DNA of 64,000 bases, from positions 160,001-224,000 of IMG/VR virus record IMGVR_UViG_3300045988_176431, one strand, 5' to 3'. The translations under genes and the position numbers were made by a program. Numbering within the stretch: the stretch's first letter is position 1; each line of letters starts with the position of its first letter. The notes beneath the pieces are model-generated. The model did not search any database. It was not told the DNA's origin and saw only the letters and a list, made by a program, of their open reading frames with translations. Positions 26,203-36,235 of the stretch are shown here, one piece after another. Source of the stretch: a virus.

Positions 26203-28446
26203 TTAAATGAAATTACTATTCAATTGTACACGATGCTTCTCAGCCGTTAATTTATCTTTGATTCTCATCAATTTATATTTTTCCTGCTGATCACCGTTTG
26301 CGTTTGCATCATTAATCTTTTCTTCACAAATGCGAATTTCAGTCTCTAATTCACGTGTTAATTCATTACGGATTCTTCTATCTTTATCTTTTGAAAAATG
26401 ACGAATTAACATAGCAAATGGAAGAGAGGATAATTTATATCTAGCAGCTCCACCATATAAAAGAGCCCACTTCGCATTTCTAAAGATTTTATGACGATAT
26501 CCAGGTTTTAAGAAAAATTCTTTTCGTCTTTTTACATCCATCTTATTAAAAGAATCTGTAAACTTTTTAACAGAATTTAACCAACCTTTTGGACCAGCCA
26601 TAATAGCTTTACCAGCATTTTTTAATTTTGTATTTTTTTCTTGACGAATTCCACGTTTCTGTTGACGTGCAGCTTCAGCATCAATTGCTTTGTTTTGAAT
26701 TTTGGTAGGGAGGTCTTCTTTTGGTTTTTGTGGTTTTACATTGGTTTTCTCTTTATCACCATGAATCTCTCTTCTAAATTCTTCAACTTCTTCATCTTTA
26801 TCTTTCGATGCTTCCACATATGCACTATCTATATAATATTTACTTGTTTTACGTACCTGAACATATATCTCAAATACAGGAATTCTATCAATAGTTTCGT
26901 CATTATATGTAACTTTGAAATCATTATCATATTTTTGGAATTTTTCTTTAATTTCTTTTTTTATATCTGCTATTTTTGTATCGGTTAGTGATTCTTTTTT
27001 AAAAGTACCAACCCATAAGCCTATACATTTTCCTTTGTAAAAATCTTCATTTATTTTTTCAGGATTATAACCATTTTCACATTTTAAGTTAAAACTTTTC
27101 ACAATATTCATTATAGTATGAAATGCATTTTTTCTGGCATCATAATTTTCTTTATTTGCTTCTTTCCAGTCTTTTCTTATTTTATTACCATCTTCATCAT
27201 AATCAAATAATTCATCTTCTTCTGATTCAGATTTCTTAACTGCATCTTCTTTTGCTTTTTTCTTTTCTTCTTCTTTCTCATTCTTTTCTTTTTCAATCTG
27301 TTTTTGTGTCATAATATGTTTTTTAATAACCGAATCTGGTTCTCCATTATCAGTCCATTCCATCATCGCAATGTCAGATGAAATATCATCAATATAATCC
27401 TCATACTTTTCTACAATTTCAGATACTTCATCTTCATCATCATGAGAAAGAATTTCAAAATCACGACAAGACTCATAGTAATTCTTTAATGATTTCAAAT
27501 AATCATATTTTTTGCATTTATTGATATCATTTACAATAGAATCTCCTGTTGTACATTCATAGATATCTTCTAAAGCAGCAGTCAATCCCATAAAATGATT
27601 CGTTGATTCTGTATAGGTTAATTCAGGTTTTTTAAGTCCAATGCTTATTAATCCTTTAATATAAATCTTTGTATTAAATGGCATTGTATCAATACGTGAC
27701 ATAACTAATTCATCTTTTCCAATAATGGATACTGCTCTTGCAGTATCCATTTTATATCTTTCAATATCAATAGAACTAGAATCGCTTACTATACCTGGTT
27801 GATTATCTTGATTATCATAAACGGCAGATCTAGCAACATGCCTTACAAGGTCTTCTAATAAATATGCACGAGTATATCCATTGACTAGAAAATATGCGAA
27901 TAAAGTAATTCTTGTATTTGGTTCAATACAATAAATAACGACTGAATTTATTATATCAGTTAATTCTTTTTCACATCCTGTTTCAGATATTTCATAAATA
28001 TAATCAAATACAGTATTTAGCATCTCTTCTCCACCACTTTTACAAGCAATCATTGAAAGATTTATTGTATTCTTTAATACTTTAAGTTCATCATCCAGAA
28101 TTTCTTTTATCTCATAATATAATCCAGTACCATTATCATAATCCATATTAAGTCCGTTACATTTATTAATTTTCTCCTCCACAATTGTTTGCACTGATGC
28201 TATTTTATGAAAAGGAATAAAATTATTGTTTACAATATCAAGAATGAATCTTGCTCCAAAATAACACCCTTCCGAAAGAATTAATGAAAGATTCTTAAGG
28301 ATAAATGACAAAGATTCATCTTTATACGTATTATAAAATTCTTGAGCGGTCTCTTCTGTATAATTCTTCTTCAATTCTTCATATTTTTTATCGAATCTTT
28401 TTTGAGGAGTCCCATTAAGAATTTCATCTTTATTTAAGATACTCAT
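26203..28446 (-). CDS. Large hypothetical virion-module protein (K/E-rich centre, basic C-terminus)
   Basis: 747 aa, first gene of the minus-strand head block. Confidence 0.6.
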   Translation of the reverse strand: MSILNKDEILNGTPQKRFDKKYEELKKNYTEETAQEFYNTYKDESLSFILKNLSLILSEGCYFGARFILDIVNNNFIPFHKIASVQTIVEEKINKCNGLNMDYDNGTGLYYEIKEILDDELKVLKNTINLSMIACKSGGEEMLNTVFDYIYEISETGCEKELTDIINSVVIYCIEPNTRITLFAYFLVNGYTRAYLLEDLVRHVARSAVYDNQDNQPGIVSDSSSIDIERYKMDTARAVSIIGKDELVMSRIDTMPFNTKIYIKGLISIGLKKPELTYTESTNHFMGLTAALEDIYECTTGDSIVNDINKCKKYDYLKSLKNYYESCRDFEILSHDDEDEVSEIVEKYEDYIDDISSDIAMMEWTDNGEPDSVIKKHIMTQKQIEKEKNEKEEEKKKAKEDAVKKSESEEDELFDYDEDGNKIRKDWKEANKENYDARKNAFHTIMNIVKSFNLKCENGYNPEKINEDFYKGKCIGLWVGTFKKESLTDTKIADIKKEIKEKFQKYDNDFKVTYNDETIDRIPVFEIYVQVRKTSKYYIDSAYVEASKDKDEEVEEFRREIHGDKEKTNVKPQKPKEDLPTKIQNKAIDAEAARQQKRGIRQEKNTKLKNAGKAIMAGPKGWLNSVKKFTDSFNKMDVKRRKEFFLKPGYRHKIFRNAKWALLYGGAARYKLSSLPFAMLIRHFSKDKDRRIRNELTRELETEIRICEEKINDANANGDQQEKYKLMRIKDKLTAEKHRVQLNSNFI

Positions 28447-28569
28447 TTATAATTACCTCACTTTCTTCTTAAAAATTCTTATGTATTTGTTTTCTTACCA
28501 TTTTTGCATAATTCTAATCAAAAAACAATACTCTAATGAAAATATATTATTTTTAAAGGTGGTGAAAGC

Positions 28570-30852
28570 ATGGCAACTGAAAGAGATTTAAATGTTTCTT
28601 TACATAAAAGAGAAACAAATGAAGTCTTAAATCTTTATCCAGAAACAAAGACAGAAAATGTTCATGTTACAGATGAACAAACTCTTGATAAATATTTATC
28701 ATTACAAAATAAAATAAATGAATCTTATTTAAAAGATTCAAAAAAATTAAGTCAAATAGAAGATGGAGCTCAGAAAAACCAGAATGCTTTTTCTGCAGTA
28801 AAATCAGGAAATTTTTTAGTAGAAGCATCTAAAGCAAAAGATACTCTGGAACTTATTGCTGGTAGCAATATTTCTATTGATATTATTGATGATAAGATTA
28901 CTTTTAATGCAGGTAAAACAGATGTTACAAAAGCAGATGCTACAACAGATGGTCTGATGAGCAGTAAGGATTATAAAAAACTTCAAAATATTGAAGAAAA
29001 TGCTAATAATTATGTTCATCCATCATCTGGTGTAGTTCCTAATACTTATATTCGTGTAACTGTAGATAAGAATGGTCATGTAACAAAAGGAAATAATGAT
29101 GTATTAAAAATTTCTGAGGGTGGTACTGGTGTAAGTACATTATTAGAACTTAAAAATTTAATTGGTTCAGGTAATATTGATATGGAGTATTCTGTTAAAG
29201 AAAACTCGTCAAATCCTGTTACATCATCAGGTATTTATAAAGCGTTACAGGAAAAAGCGAATACGAATCATGGAAATCATGTTCCAGATAGTTCAGATTC
29301 ACCTGATTCTTTTTCTTTCTTAAAAGAAGGAAATGTATGGGAATCAATTCCAAGTGGAAATACTTCACAAAAAGGTGTTATTCAATTAACAAATGAAATT
29401 GGTGATAGTGAATCTTTAGGAGTAAGTCAAAAAGGGTTAAAATCACTATCAGACTCCATAACAACAAAGATTGATAGTTTAAAAGGAAGCCCTGAATCAG
29501 GATTAGATACATTAGAAAAAATCGCAACTCGAGTTAATACAAATAGTACAGAATTAAGTAATCATACAAGTAATAGTACAATTCATATTACTGCTGATGA
29601 AAGAAAGAAATGGAATGCTAAGTCAGATGTTAAATTAGATACTGAATTATCTAATACATCTACAAATGCTATTAGTAATAAAGCAATAACAGATGCCTTA
29701 ACAACTCATACAAGTAATAGTACAATTCATATTACTGCTGATGAGAGGACTAAGTGGAATGGTATTTTAGAAAAAGCAAAAGCATATACTGATGAGAAGT
29801 ATGGTTCTATTGACAAAATAGATTTTTATGTGATTGAATCTGGTACTCATGAATCAATCACATCTCCATCTAATTCATTAATTTATTTAGAGAAAGCATC
29901 TTCAGGAACACAATATGAATCATGGATTTACAGAGATAAATGGATGAATATCGGCTCTGATGATTTAAATCTTGATAATTATTATAATAAAACTGAAGTT
30001 GTCAATTTAATCAATAATTCAAAACTTACAGTAGACACTGCTTTATCTTCTACTTCTGAAAATCCTGTTCAGAATAAAGTAATTAATTCTGCATTAGGAA
30101 ATAAAGCAAATAGTAGTGAATTAAGTACTCATACAAGTAATACTACAATTCATATTACTGCTGAAGATAGAAAGAGATGGAATGATGCTGCATCTAGTAC
30201 TGTTACAGTAGATACTACTTTATCTAATACATCTACAAATGCTATTAGTAATAAAGCAGTAAAAGATGCCTTAGATAATAAAGCAAACAATACTAACTTA
30301 ACAAATAAAGTAGATAAAGTAAATGGAAAAGGATTATCTACAAATGATTTTACAAACGCATTAAAATCTAATTATGATAATGCATATGCACATTCAACAA
30401 GTGCTCATGCACCATCAAATGCTGAAAGAAATGTAATATTAGGTATTCAAAAGAATGGGATTGATATAACTCCGAATACAAGTACGCGAAAGGTAAATAT
30501 TACAGTTCCCAAAAAAATAAGTGAATTATCAAATGATTCTGGTTATATAAGCAAGCACCCATCTGTAGAAACAGAGCCAGATACATCATCAAGCAAATCA
30601 ATCAATATAAAAACTGGAGATTCATTTGATGTAGTTGATTCAGTAACAAGAGATTCAAATGGTCATGTAACAAAGATAAATGTAAAAACAGTTACTGTAC
30701 CAAAACATGATAACTCAGGTGGAGGTGTTGTTAGAAGTAAAACAGCTCCAAAGGATACAACAGTATTATGGATTGATATTAGCAGTACAAACGAAATTCC
30801 TAAATATTATAATGGAACAGTTTGGATTACATTACCAGCAGTATGGGGGTGA
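28570..30852 (+). CDS. Tail fibre protein (paralogue A)
   Basis: Repeated fibre motifs: TTDGLMSSKDYKKLQNIE; S-x-N-[PA]-[VI]-x-[NS]-K-[AV]-[IV]-x-x-A-L-x-x-K-A (x5); and H-I-T-A-[DE]-[DE]-R-x-[KR]-W-N (x3). Confidence 0.75.
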   Translation: MATERDLNVSLHKRETNEVLNLYPETKTENVHVTDEQTLDKYLSLQNKINESYLKDSKKLSQIEDGAQKNQNAFSAVKSGNFLVEASKAKDTLELIAGSNISIDIIDDKITFNAGKTDVTKADATTDGLMSSKDYKKLQNIEENANNYVHPSSGVVPNTYIRVTVDKNGHVTKGNNDVLKISEGGTGVSTLLELKNLIGSGNIDMEYSVKENSSNPVTSSGIYKALQEKANTNHGNHVPDSSDSPDSFSFLKEGNVWESIPSGNTSQKGVIQLTNEIGDSESLGVSQKGLKSLSDSITTKIDSLKGSPESGLDTLEKIATRVNTNSTELSNHTSNSTIHITADERKKWNAKSDVKLDTELSNTSTNAISNKAITDALTTHTSNSTIHITADERTKWNGILEKAKAYTDEKYGSIDKIDFYVIESGTHESITSPSNSLIYLEKASSGTQYESWIYRDKWMNIGSDDLNLDNYYNKTEVVNLINNSKLTVDTALSSTSENPVQNKVINSALGNKANSSELSTHTSNTTIHITAEDRKRWNDAASSTVTVDTTLSNTSTNAISNKAVKDALDNKANNTNLTNKVDKVNGKGLSTNDFTNALKSNYDNAYAHSTSAHAPSNAERNVILGIQKNGIDITPNTSTRKVNITVPKKISELSNDSGYISKHPSVETEPDTSSSKSINIKTGDSFDVVDSVTRDSNGHVTKINVKTVTVPKHDNSGGGVVRSKTAPKDTTVLWIDISSTNEIPKYYNGTVWITLPAVWG

Positions 30853-30858
30853 TAAAAA

Positions 30859-32361
30859 ATGTTGACAGCAAATGAATTAATTGAATTAAAAAAACTGATT
30901 GATGCACAGATAAAGAGACGATGTGGATATGGACCAATGCAAGAAGTTGGTGATTTCGAAGAAACACCAAAAGCAGGTGGAATTATAAAAGCAGAACAAG
31001 GAGAAAAAATTATTTCTCCCATTCTTGAAGTAGAAGATGTATCGGGATTAACTTTAACAATAGATTCGTATCATACCTCTACAACAAATTTAAAAGCTCA
31101 TATCGAAGTGGGAACTCCAATTCCTAAAAATTTTAATAAAAATTTATTTGATATTGTACATAAGCTATCAGAAGAAACGATGCAAAATCAAGCATCATGT
31201 TGTCGTGGTGCGTGTACAGGACTTTGCTATGGTACATGCTCATCGTTTTGTAGTGGGTGTTCTGGTAGTTGCGGTACAGGTTGTGGGTCAAATTGTACAA
31301 AAACGTGTGGAAATAGTTGTGGAAACTGTACAAGATCATGTACGGCAACTTGTGGAGGAAGTTGTTTTGCTTCATGTGGTGCTGATTGTACTGGAGGATG
31401 TACTGGATCATGTTCTGCAGGTTGTGATGGATGTTCTGGTAGTTGTGGTACTGCATGTACATCCGGATGTACAGGATGCTCTGGATGTTCTAATGGTTGT
31501 ACTGGTAGTTGTGAAAATGGCTGTGAGTTTGGTTGTATACATGGATGTAAAGGCTGTACTGGCACTTGTGGAAATAGTTGTAGTGGTTGTCAAGGATGTA
31601 CTACTGGTTGTTCTGGAGGATGTTCAGGATGTAAGGCATCATGTGGTTCTGAATGTGCAGCATCATGTGGAAATAAATGTACTGGATGTGGTGACAGTTG
31701 TCACAGTGATTGTGGTGGATCATGTTCAAATTCCTGCTCAAATTTCTGTGCTAACGGATGTAATACTTGTTCATCTGGTTGCACAGGTGGATGTACTGGG
31801 CATTGTTATGGATGTACAGGTACTTGTGGTAATACTTGTGGTGGAGGATGCGGCTCTACATGTTCAAGCAGTTGCATTGGTTGTTCTGGATGCGGTGGAA
31901 CATGTTCTTCTAGTTGTGGTGGATGTACTACGACGTGTGACCATAGTTGTTCGGGATGTTCTGCAAGTTGTGGTGGATGTGACGGTGATTGTGCGAATTC
32001 ATGTGCAGGTTGTTTTGGTTGTTCTACAAGTTGTAATGGATGTAGTTCATCTTGTTCTACAAGTTGTAATGGATGTTCAAAAACATGTGGCGGATGTTCA
32101 AGTTGTTCTGGATGTTCTACAAGTTGTGGTAATGCGTGTACATCTGGATGTGCTGGATGTTCTGGATGTAGTTCATGTACTGCTGGTTGTTCAGATTCAT
32201 GTAATGGATGTGTTGGTTGTTCAATATCATGTGGAAATGGATGTTCTGGATGTAGTTCAAATTGTCAAGGAGTATGCAAAAACTCATGCTTTAGTACATG
32301 TACATCAACATGTTTCGGAAATTGTACAGGATCATGTTATGGTTCTCTAACATCGATATAA
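30859..32361 (+). CDS. Cysteine mega-repeat protein: 113-aa ordinary N-domain plus ~385 aa of C-x2-3 repeats
   Basis: RBS GGGGGTG, 7 nt after the fibre gene stop. From residue 114 to the end every 3rd or 4th residue is Cys (CGTG CGSN CTKT CGNS...), about 104 Cys by hand count. The remaining residues are almost only G/S/T/N/A/D. Confidence 0.8.
   Translation: MLTANELIELKKLIDAQIKRRCGYGPMQEVGDFEETPKAGGIIKAEQGEKIISPILEVEDVSGLTLTIDSYHTSTTNLKAHIEVGTPIPKNFNKNLFDIVHKLSEETMQNQASCCRGACTGLCYGTCSSFCSGCSGSCGTGCGSNCTKTCGNSCGNCTRSCTATCGGSCFASCGADCTGGCTGSCSAGCDGCSGSCGTACTSGCTGCSGCSNGCTGSCENGCEFGCIHGCKGCTGTCGNSCSGCQGCTTGCSGGCSGCKASCGSECAASCGNKCTGCGDSCHSDCGGSCSNSCSNFCANGCNTCSSGCTGGCTGHCYGCTGTCGNTCGGGCGSTCSSSCIGCSGCGGTCSSSCGGCTTTCDHSCSGCSASCGGCDGDCANSCAGCFGCSTSCNGCSSSCSTSCNGCSKTCGGCSSCSGCSTSCGNACTSGCAGCSGCSSCTAGCSDSCNGCVGCSISCGNGCSGCSSNCQGVCKNSCFSTCTSTCFGNCTGSCYGSLTSI
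31198..32358 (+). repeat. Low-complexity C-x2-3 coding tract (TGT/TGC every 9-12 nt)
   Basis: Cryptic periodic tract, locally GC-enriched. It generates long spurious ORFs in other frames and on the opposite strand. Confidence 0.85.
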
Positions 32362-32395
32362 CAAAAAAATAACAAAATATAAAGGAGTGAAAAAA

Positions 32396-32683
32396 ATGAA
32401 TATATTAAGATGTAAAAATGGTTCTTTTAAAATTGAAAATGTGCGTGAATATATTAATTTTCAAAATGGAACACCGAAAAGATACATTGATATTCAATCA
32501 ACAAATAGTATCACTTCATTCGATGAAGTAGCTGATGTATTGACAAAAGATACCGTAAAGGAATTTGAAATTCTCTCAGAATCTGGTGTAATATTAGATA
32601 CAATTAAAAATGTAAAATTAACAAATATTAATAAAGACATTTCAAATTCAGTTTCTATTGTTATTAACTTCGAAAAAGAGTAA
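32396..32683 (+). CDS. Hypothetical protein
   Basis: Track ORF 32387..32683, with the ATG at 32396 after AAGGAG. Confidence 0.6.
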   Translation: MNILRCKNGSFKIENVREYINFQNGTPKRYIDIQSTNSITSFDEVADVLTKDTVKEFEILSESGVILDTIKNVKLTNINKDISNSVSIVINFEKE

Positions 32684-32698
32684 AGGAGTTGATTCTTC

Positions 32699-33004
32699 AT
32701 GATAACTATTAAATTTGATAATGGTATACGGATTAATCCTGATTCGTATGGTTATCTAAAGAATAAAATGGTAAAATTACTCTTTTATAAAGATTATAAT
32801 GAAGAAGACTTGATACGGAAAATAGGATATGCGAAAGACCAAAAATTTACTTTAATTATTGATTTACCTGGAAGAGAAAAAGAAATTCGTTGTGTTAATT
32901 TCCATTTCTCTTCCATGATAAAACATATAAAAGGAAGTAATGGAAAAGAAATATCAGATGATTCTGTACAATATCTTGAAATTTTTTTTAACAAGGAGGT
33001 GTAA
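32699..33004 (+). CDS. Hypothetical protein
   Basis: RBS AAGGAG, 101 aa. Confidence 0.6.
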   Translation: MITIKFDNGIRINPDSYGYLKNKMVKLLFYKDYNEEDLIRKIGYAKDQKFTLIIDLPGREKEIRCVNFHFSSMIKHIKGSNGKEISDDSVQYLEIFFNKEV

Positions 33005-33007
33005 AAT

Positions 33008-34501
33008 TTGTCTTTTTTTAATGATAAATTTTTAACCGAAGTAAGTAATTACGAATATCAAAAGAGTTATGAAAAAAAATCACTTGTATTATATAATAAT
33101 CATATTTATATTGCAAAAAAAGATACAAATGAAAAAATTGTTCCTGAAACAACAACTGATGATTGGGAATATATTAGTTACGACGATTGTATTAATATCA
33201 TTGCCAATATTGGCTCTTTTACAGGTGATTCTTATTTAGGTACAAAAAAATATCCATTTATGGGAACCATATTACAAAATTCTATTCAGATTTTACAAAA
33301 GAATAAAGTAAATCGACCAGGATATTTTTCTAATATTAAATTTGGAAAAGATATCGTAGATGATAATAATGCAACGAATTTTGGTGTTTTATATGACATT
33401 GATAATGAAAATCCAAAGTTAATTGCTATGACAAATGCATTAAATGAAGTAGATTTGGGAACTGGACAATTTTGTTTTAATAATATTTATTCTAGTTCAC
33501 CAACTATTACTATTTCAGATGACGATAAAATAGCATCTACAAAAGATATCAATACAAATGATTATACAAATTTCTTTATGAGTTTAACACCAAAAGGTTA
33601 TATTCTCACAAATGAAAATGGAACAAGTGGTAGAATGCATATTGGTTTTGCTGCTACTGATGTAGAAAAAGCATTAAAAGAAAACAATCTTTCACCTGAT
33701 GATTTTGCACCACTTGTAAAAATCCCTGTATTAAAAAAAGATTTATATGTAGACCATTCAATTAATGATTTGATGTTAAAACGTTTTCATTATGAAGATG
33801 GTGAAGAAGTTTCTGATGAGGATGAAAATGAACATGAAACAGGTGAAAGTTTAATACGTTATATTAAATTACCGATTTATCGAAAGAATATTGGATATTT
33901 TGTATTTAAAAATTATCCAATTGATCCAAATACAGAAACAAATGATGATGCAACAATCATTGTAAAAGAATTAGAATTAATTCCATTTGATAAAAACAAA
34001 AAATCATTAAAGATTAACTTTAACAAAGCTCGATTAAAAGAGAACTATAATGATGAATTTGAATGTCGTAGTAATATGGAAGTATTAGAAGATGGGTCAT
34101 TAAAGATTACTTTTACAGGTGATAAACTTTCAGATCCATTTGCTTATATTACAGCAAGAGTATCTTTAAATGATATCAATGCAGAGAAAGCATATGATTT
34201 ATCAAAATATGAATATCTTAAAATCGTAAGTGATTATAAGAGACCATACTTAATTGGTTTTGATGAATTTCAATCAAGTGAAGAAAATACAGCATATCAT
34301 CCATATCAAACGAATGAATTTGGAGATTTCTACTGTTATTCACAAGATGACCAATATAGTGTAGAAAGTTATATCTATGCTCTTAGATATGATGAATTCA
34401 TCGCTTTAAATACTATGATGATTCAAAATCAACAAAAACAAATTAATGAATTAAAAACTGAAATATTGAATATCATATCAAAAATAAAAAATATTAAATA
34501 A
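33008..34501 (+). CDS. Fibre-associated protein with a peptidase S74-like (intramolecular chaperone) segment
   Basis: TTG start after AAGGAGG. TKDINTNDYTNFFMSLTPKGYILTNENGTSGRMHIGFAATDVEKAL resembles the S74 pattern (SDxRLK...HIGLIAQEVE). Terminal coiled coil NQQKQINELKTEILNIISKIK. Confidence 0.4.
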   Translation: MSFFNDKFLTEVSNYEYQKSYEKKSLVLYNNHIYIAKKDTNEKIVPETTTDDWEYISYDDCINIIANIGSFTGDSYLGTKKYPFMGTILQNSIQILQKNKVNRPGYFSNIKFGKDIVDDNNATNFGVLYDIDNENPKLIAMTNALNEVDLGTGQFCFNNIYSSSPTITISDDDKIASTKDINTNDYTNFFMSLTPKGYILTNENGTSGRMHIGFAATDVEKALKENNLSPDDFAPLVKIPVLKKDLYVDHSINDLMLKRFHYEDGEEVSDEDENEHETGESLIRYIKLPIYRKNIGYFVFKNYPIDPNTETNDDATIIVKELELIPFDKNKKSLKINFNKARLKENYNDEFECRSNMEVLEDGSLKITFTGDKLSDPFAYITARVSLNDINAEKAYDLSKYEYLKIVSDYKRPYLIGFDEFQSSEENTAYHPYQTNEFGDFYCYSQDDQYSVESYIYALRYDEFIALNTMMIQNQQKQINELKTEILNIISKIKNIK

Positions 34502-34516
34502 TGGAGGAAATGAATT

Positions 34517-34852
34517 ATGACAAAAAAATTTAAAATTGAAATTACACAGGAAGCAATTGATTATGTACAGAGAATTGGATATGAGGTAGATGGTTTTACT
34601 CATATTATTAATTCCTTATTTGAACAGCATAAGAATGATATCGATGATTCTGTAATTAAAAGTGTGCCTTTCCAGACTTACCAAAAGAAATTCTTTAAGG
34701 TAAAAGCTGAATATGAATTAGCAAAACAGGCACTTGAGAAGGAATTGAAAAAGAAAGTAATTGAGAAAACGGGAATTGAAGATCCTAAATTCTCATGGAA
34801 TATTCCTGACTTCCAAGAATTAATTGTAGATATTGAAGTTGAGGAGGACTAA
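34517..34852 (+). CDS. Small helical protein coupled to the radical SAM gene (possible maturase partner)
   Basis: RBS GGAGG; the stop lies 3 nt before the radical SAM ATG. 111 aa. Confidence 0.6.
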   Translation: MTKKFKIEITQEAIDYVQRIGYEVDGFTHIINSLFEQHKNDIDDSVIKSVPFQTYQKKFFKVKAEYELAKQALEKELKKKVIEKTGIEDPKFSWNIPDFQELIVDIEVEED

Positions 34853-34855
34853 AAA

Positions 34856-36190
34856 ATGAATGGTAGAGTTCGTAAATTTGAGCAATGGCAAGACATGCTT
34901 GGAAGACTCTATCCAGAATTTAGAAAAAATAGTGACGGTTCAGATAAAGTATTATCTCGAACCGTCACTTTTCAGGTGACGGATAGATGTTCTCTCGCTT
35001 GTACTTATTGCTATCAGATTAATAAAAAAACAAGAGTTATGAAATTTGAGTATGCTAAAAAATTAATTGATGCTTTATTAGAAGGAGATGAAAAATTCTC
35101 TGACTATGTAAACGTTGATACCTCGCCAGGAATCATTATCGAATTTATCGGTGGTGAACCTTTATTAGAGCCAGAATTAATCGAACAAATCTGTGATTAT
35201 TTCGAAAAAAGAGCAATCGAGTTAATGCATCCTTGGGCATTACATCATGAATTTTCAATTTGTTCAAATGGCGTTGCTTACTTTGAACCAACGGTACAAC
35301 ATCTTTTAAATAAATATCGTCATAAACTTTCTTTTTCTGTTACAATTGATGGAAACAAAGAACTTCATGATTCTTGTCGAGTATTTCCAGATGGTGTAAC
35401 AGGAAGTTATGATTTAGCAGTTGCTGCAGCACAAGATTGGATTAATCACGGTGGTTATATGGGTAGTAAAATAACAATTGCACCTGGAAACATTAAATAT
35501 ATTTATGATGCAATCACTCATATGGTCGAATTAGGATATCAAGAAATCAATGCAAATACAGTATACGAAAAAGGATGGACAATTGAACATGCTAAAATCT
35601 TTTATCAAGAATTAAAAAGAATTGCTGATTATTGGATTGATCATAATATTGTTGAATCTCATTTTTTGGCATTATTTAGTGAAAATTTCTTTAAACCAAA
35701 AGATGAAAAAGATTTAGATAACTGGTGTGGTGGTAATGCTTTAATGTTATCAATGGATCCAGATGGGTATCTATATCCATGTATTCGTTATATGGAATCA
35801 TCATTGGGAGATGAAAGAGAACCATATCGAATTGGTCATGTTAATGTTGGAATTGCACAAGATGAATGTACTCATAATTGTGTAGAGTGTCTAAGAAAAA
35901 TAACAAGAAAAACACAATCAACAGATGAATGTTTTTATTGTCCAATTGCAGAGGGTTGTAGTTGGTGCACGGCTTACAATTATCAAGAAACTGGTACTCC
36001 AGATAAAAGAGTTACCTATATTTGTGATATGCATAAAGCAAGAGCATTAGCAAATGTTTACTTCTGGAATAAATGGTATATAAAAACAAAACAAAATAAA
36101 GTATTTAAAAATCATGTACCAGATGATTGGGCTCTTACAATTATTGATAAGGATGAATTAGATTACTTGAAGAGTTTAGAAAAACGATAA
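34856..36190 (+). CDS. Radical SAM enzyme with a C-terminal SPASM domain (peptide-maturase / anSME-like)
   Basis: CSLACTYCYQ is the CX3CX2C radical SAM cluster motif. WCGGNALMLSMDPDGYLYPC and CVECLRK...CFYCPIAEGCSWC are the SPASM auxiliary-cluster cysteines. Confidence 0.85.
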   Translation: MNGRVRKFEQWQDMLGRLYPEFRKNSDGSDKVLSRTVTFQVTDRCSLACTYCYQINKKTRVMKFEYAKKLIDALLEGDEKFSDYVNVDTSPGIIIEFIGGEPLLEPELIEQICDYFEKRAIELMHPWALHHEFSICSNGVAYFEPTVQHLLNKYRHKLSFSVTIDGNKELHDSCRVFPDGVTGSYDLAVAAAQDWINHGGYMGSKITIAPGNIKYIYDAITHMVELGYQEINANTVYEKGWTIEHAKIFYQELKRIADYWIDHNIVESHFLALFSENFFKPKDEKDLDNWCGGNALMLSMDPDGYLYPCIRYMESSLGDEREPYRIGHVNVGIAQDECTHNCVECLRKITRKTQSTDECFYCPIAEGCSWCTAYNYQETGTPDKRVTYICDMHKARALANVYFWNKWYIKTKQNKVFKNHVPDDWALTIIDKDELDYLKSLEKR

Positions 36191-36193
36191 AAA

Positions 36194-36229
36194 ATATGAG
36201 AGATAAGGAAATTTCCTTATCTCTCATAT
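36194..36229. terminator. Bidirectional terminator, perfect palindrome
   Basis: ATATGAGAGATAAGGAAATTTCCTTATCTCTCATAT between the convergent radical SAM and endolysin genes. Confidence 0.8.
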
Positions 36230-36235
36230 TGCTTT

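Noticed and set aside
26203-28446. The 747-aa first gene of the head block as the portal
   Set aside because: It is K/E-rich, low-complexity in the centre, basic at the C-terminus, and has no portal-like core motif. ORF 6615..9038 fits the portal pattern better.
31133-32350. Long ORFs in other frames or on the opposite strand of the Cys-repeat tract (31148..32350 +, 31133..31462 -, 31227..31565 -, 31408..31593 -)
   Set aside because: They are by-products of the periodic TGT/TGC-rich tract. They have no RBS and give degenerate V/H/Q- or T/S-rich translations. The Cys frame has a proper RBS and continues from a normal N-domain.
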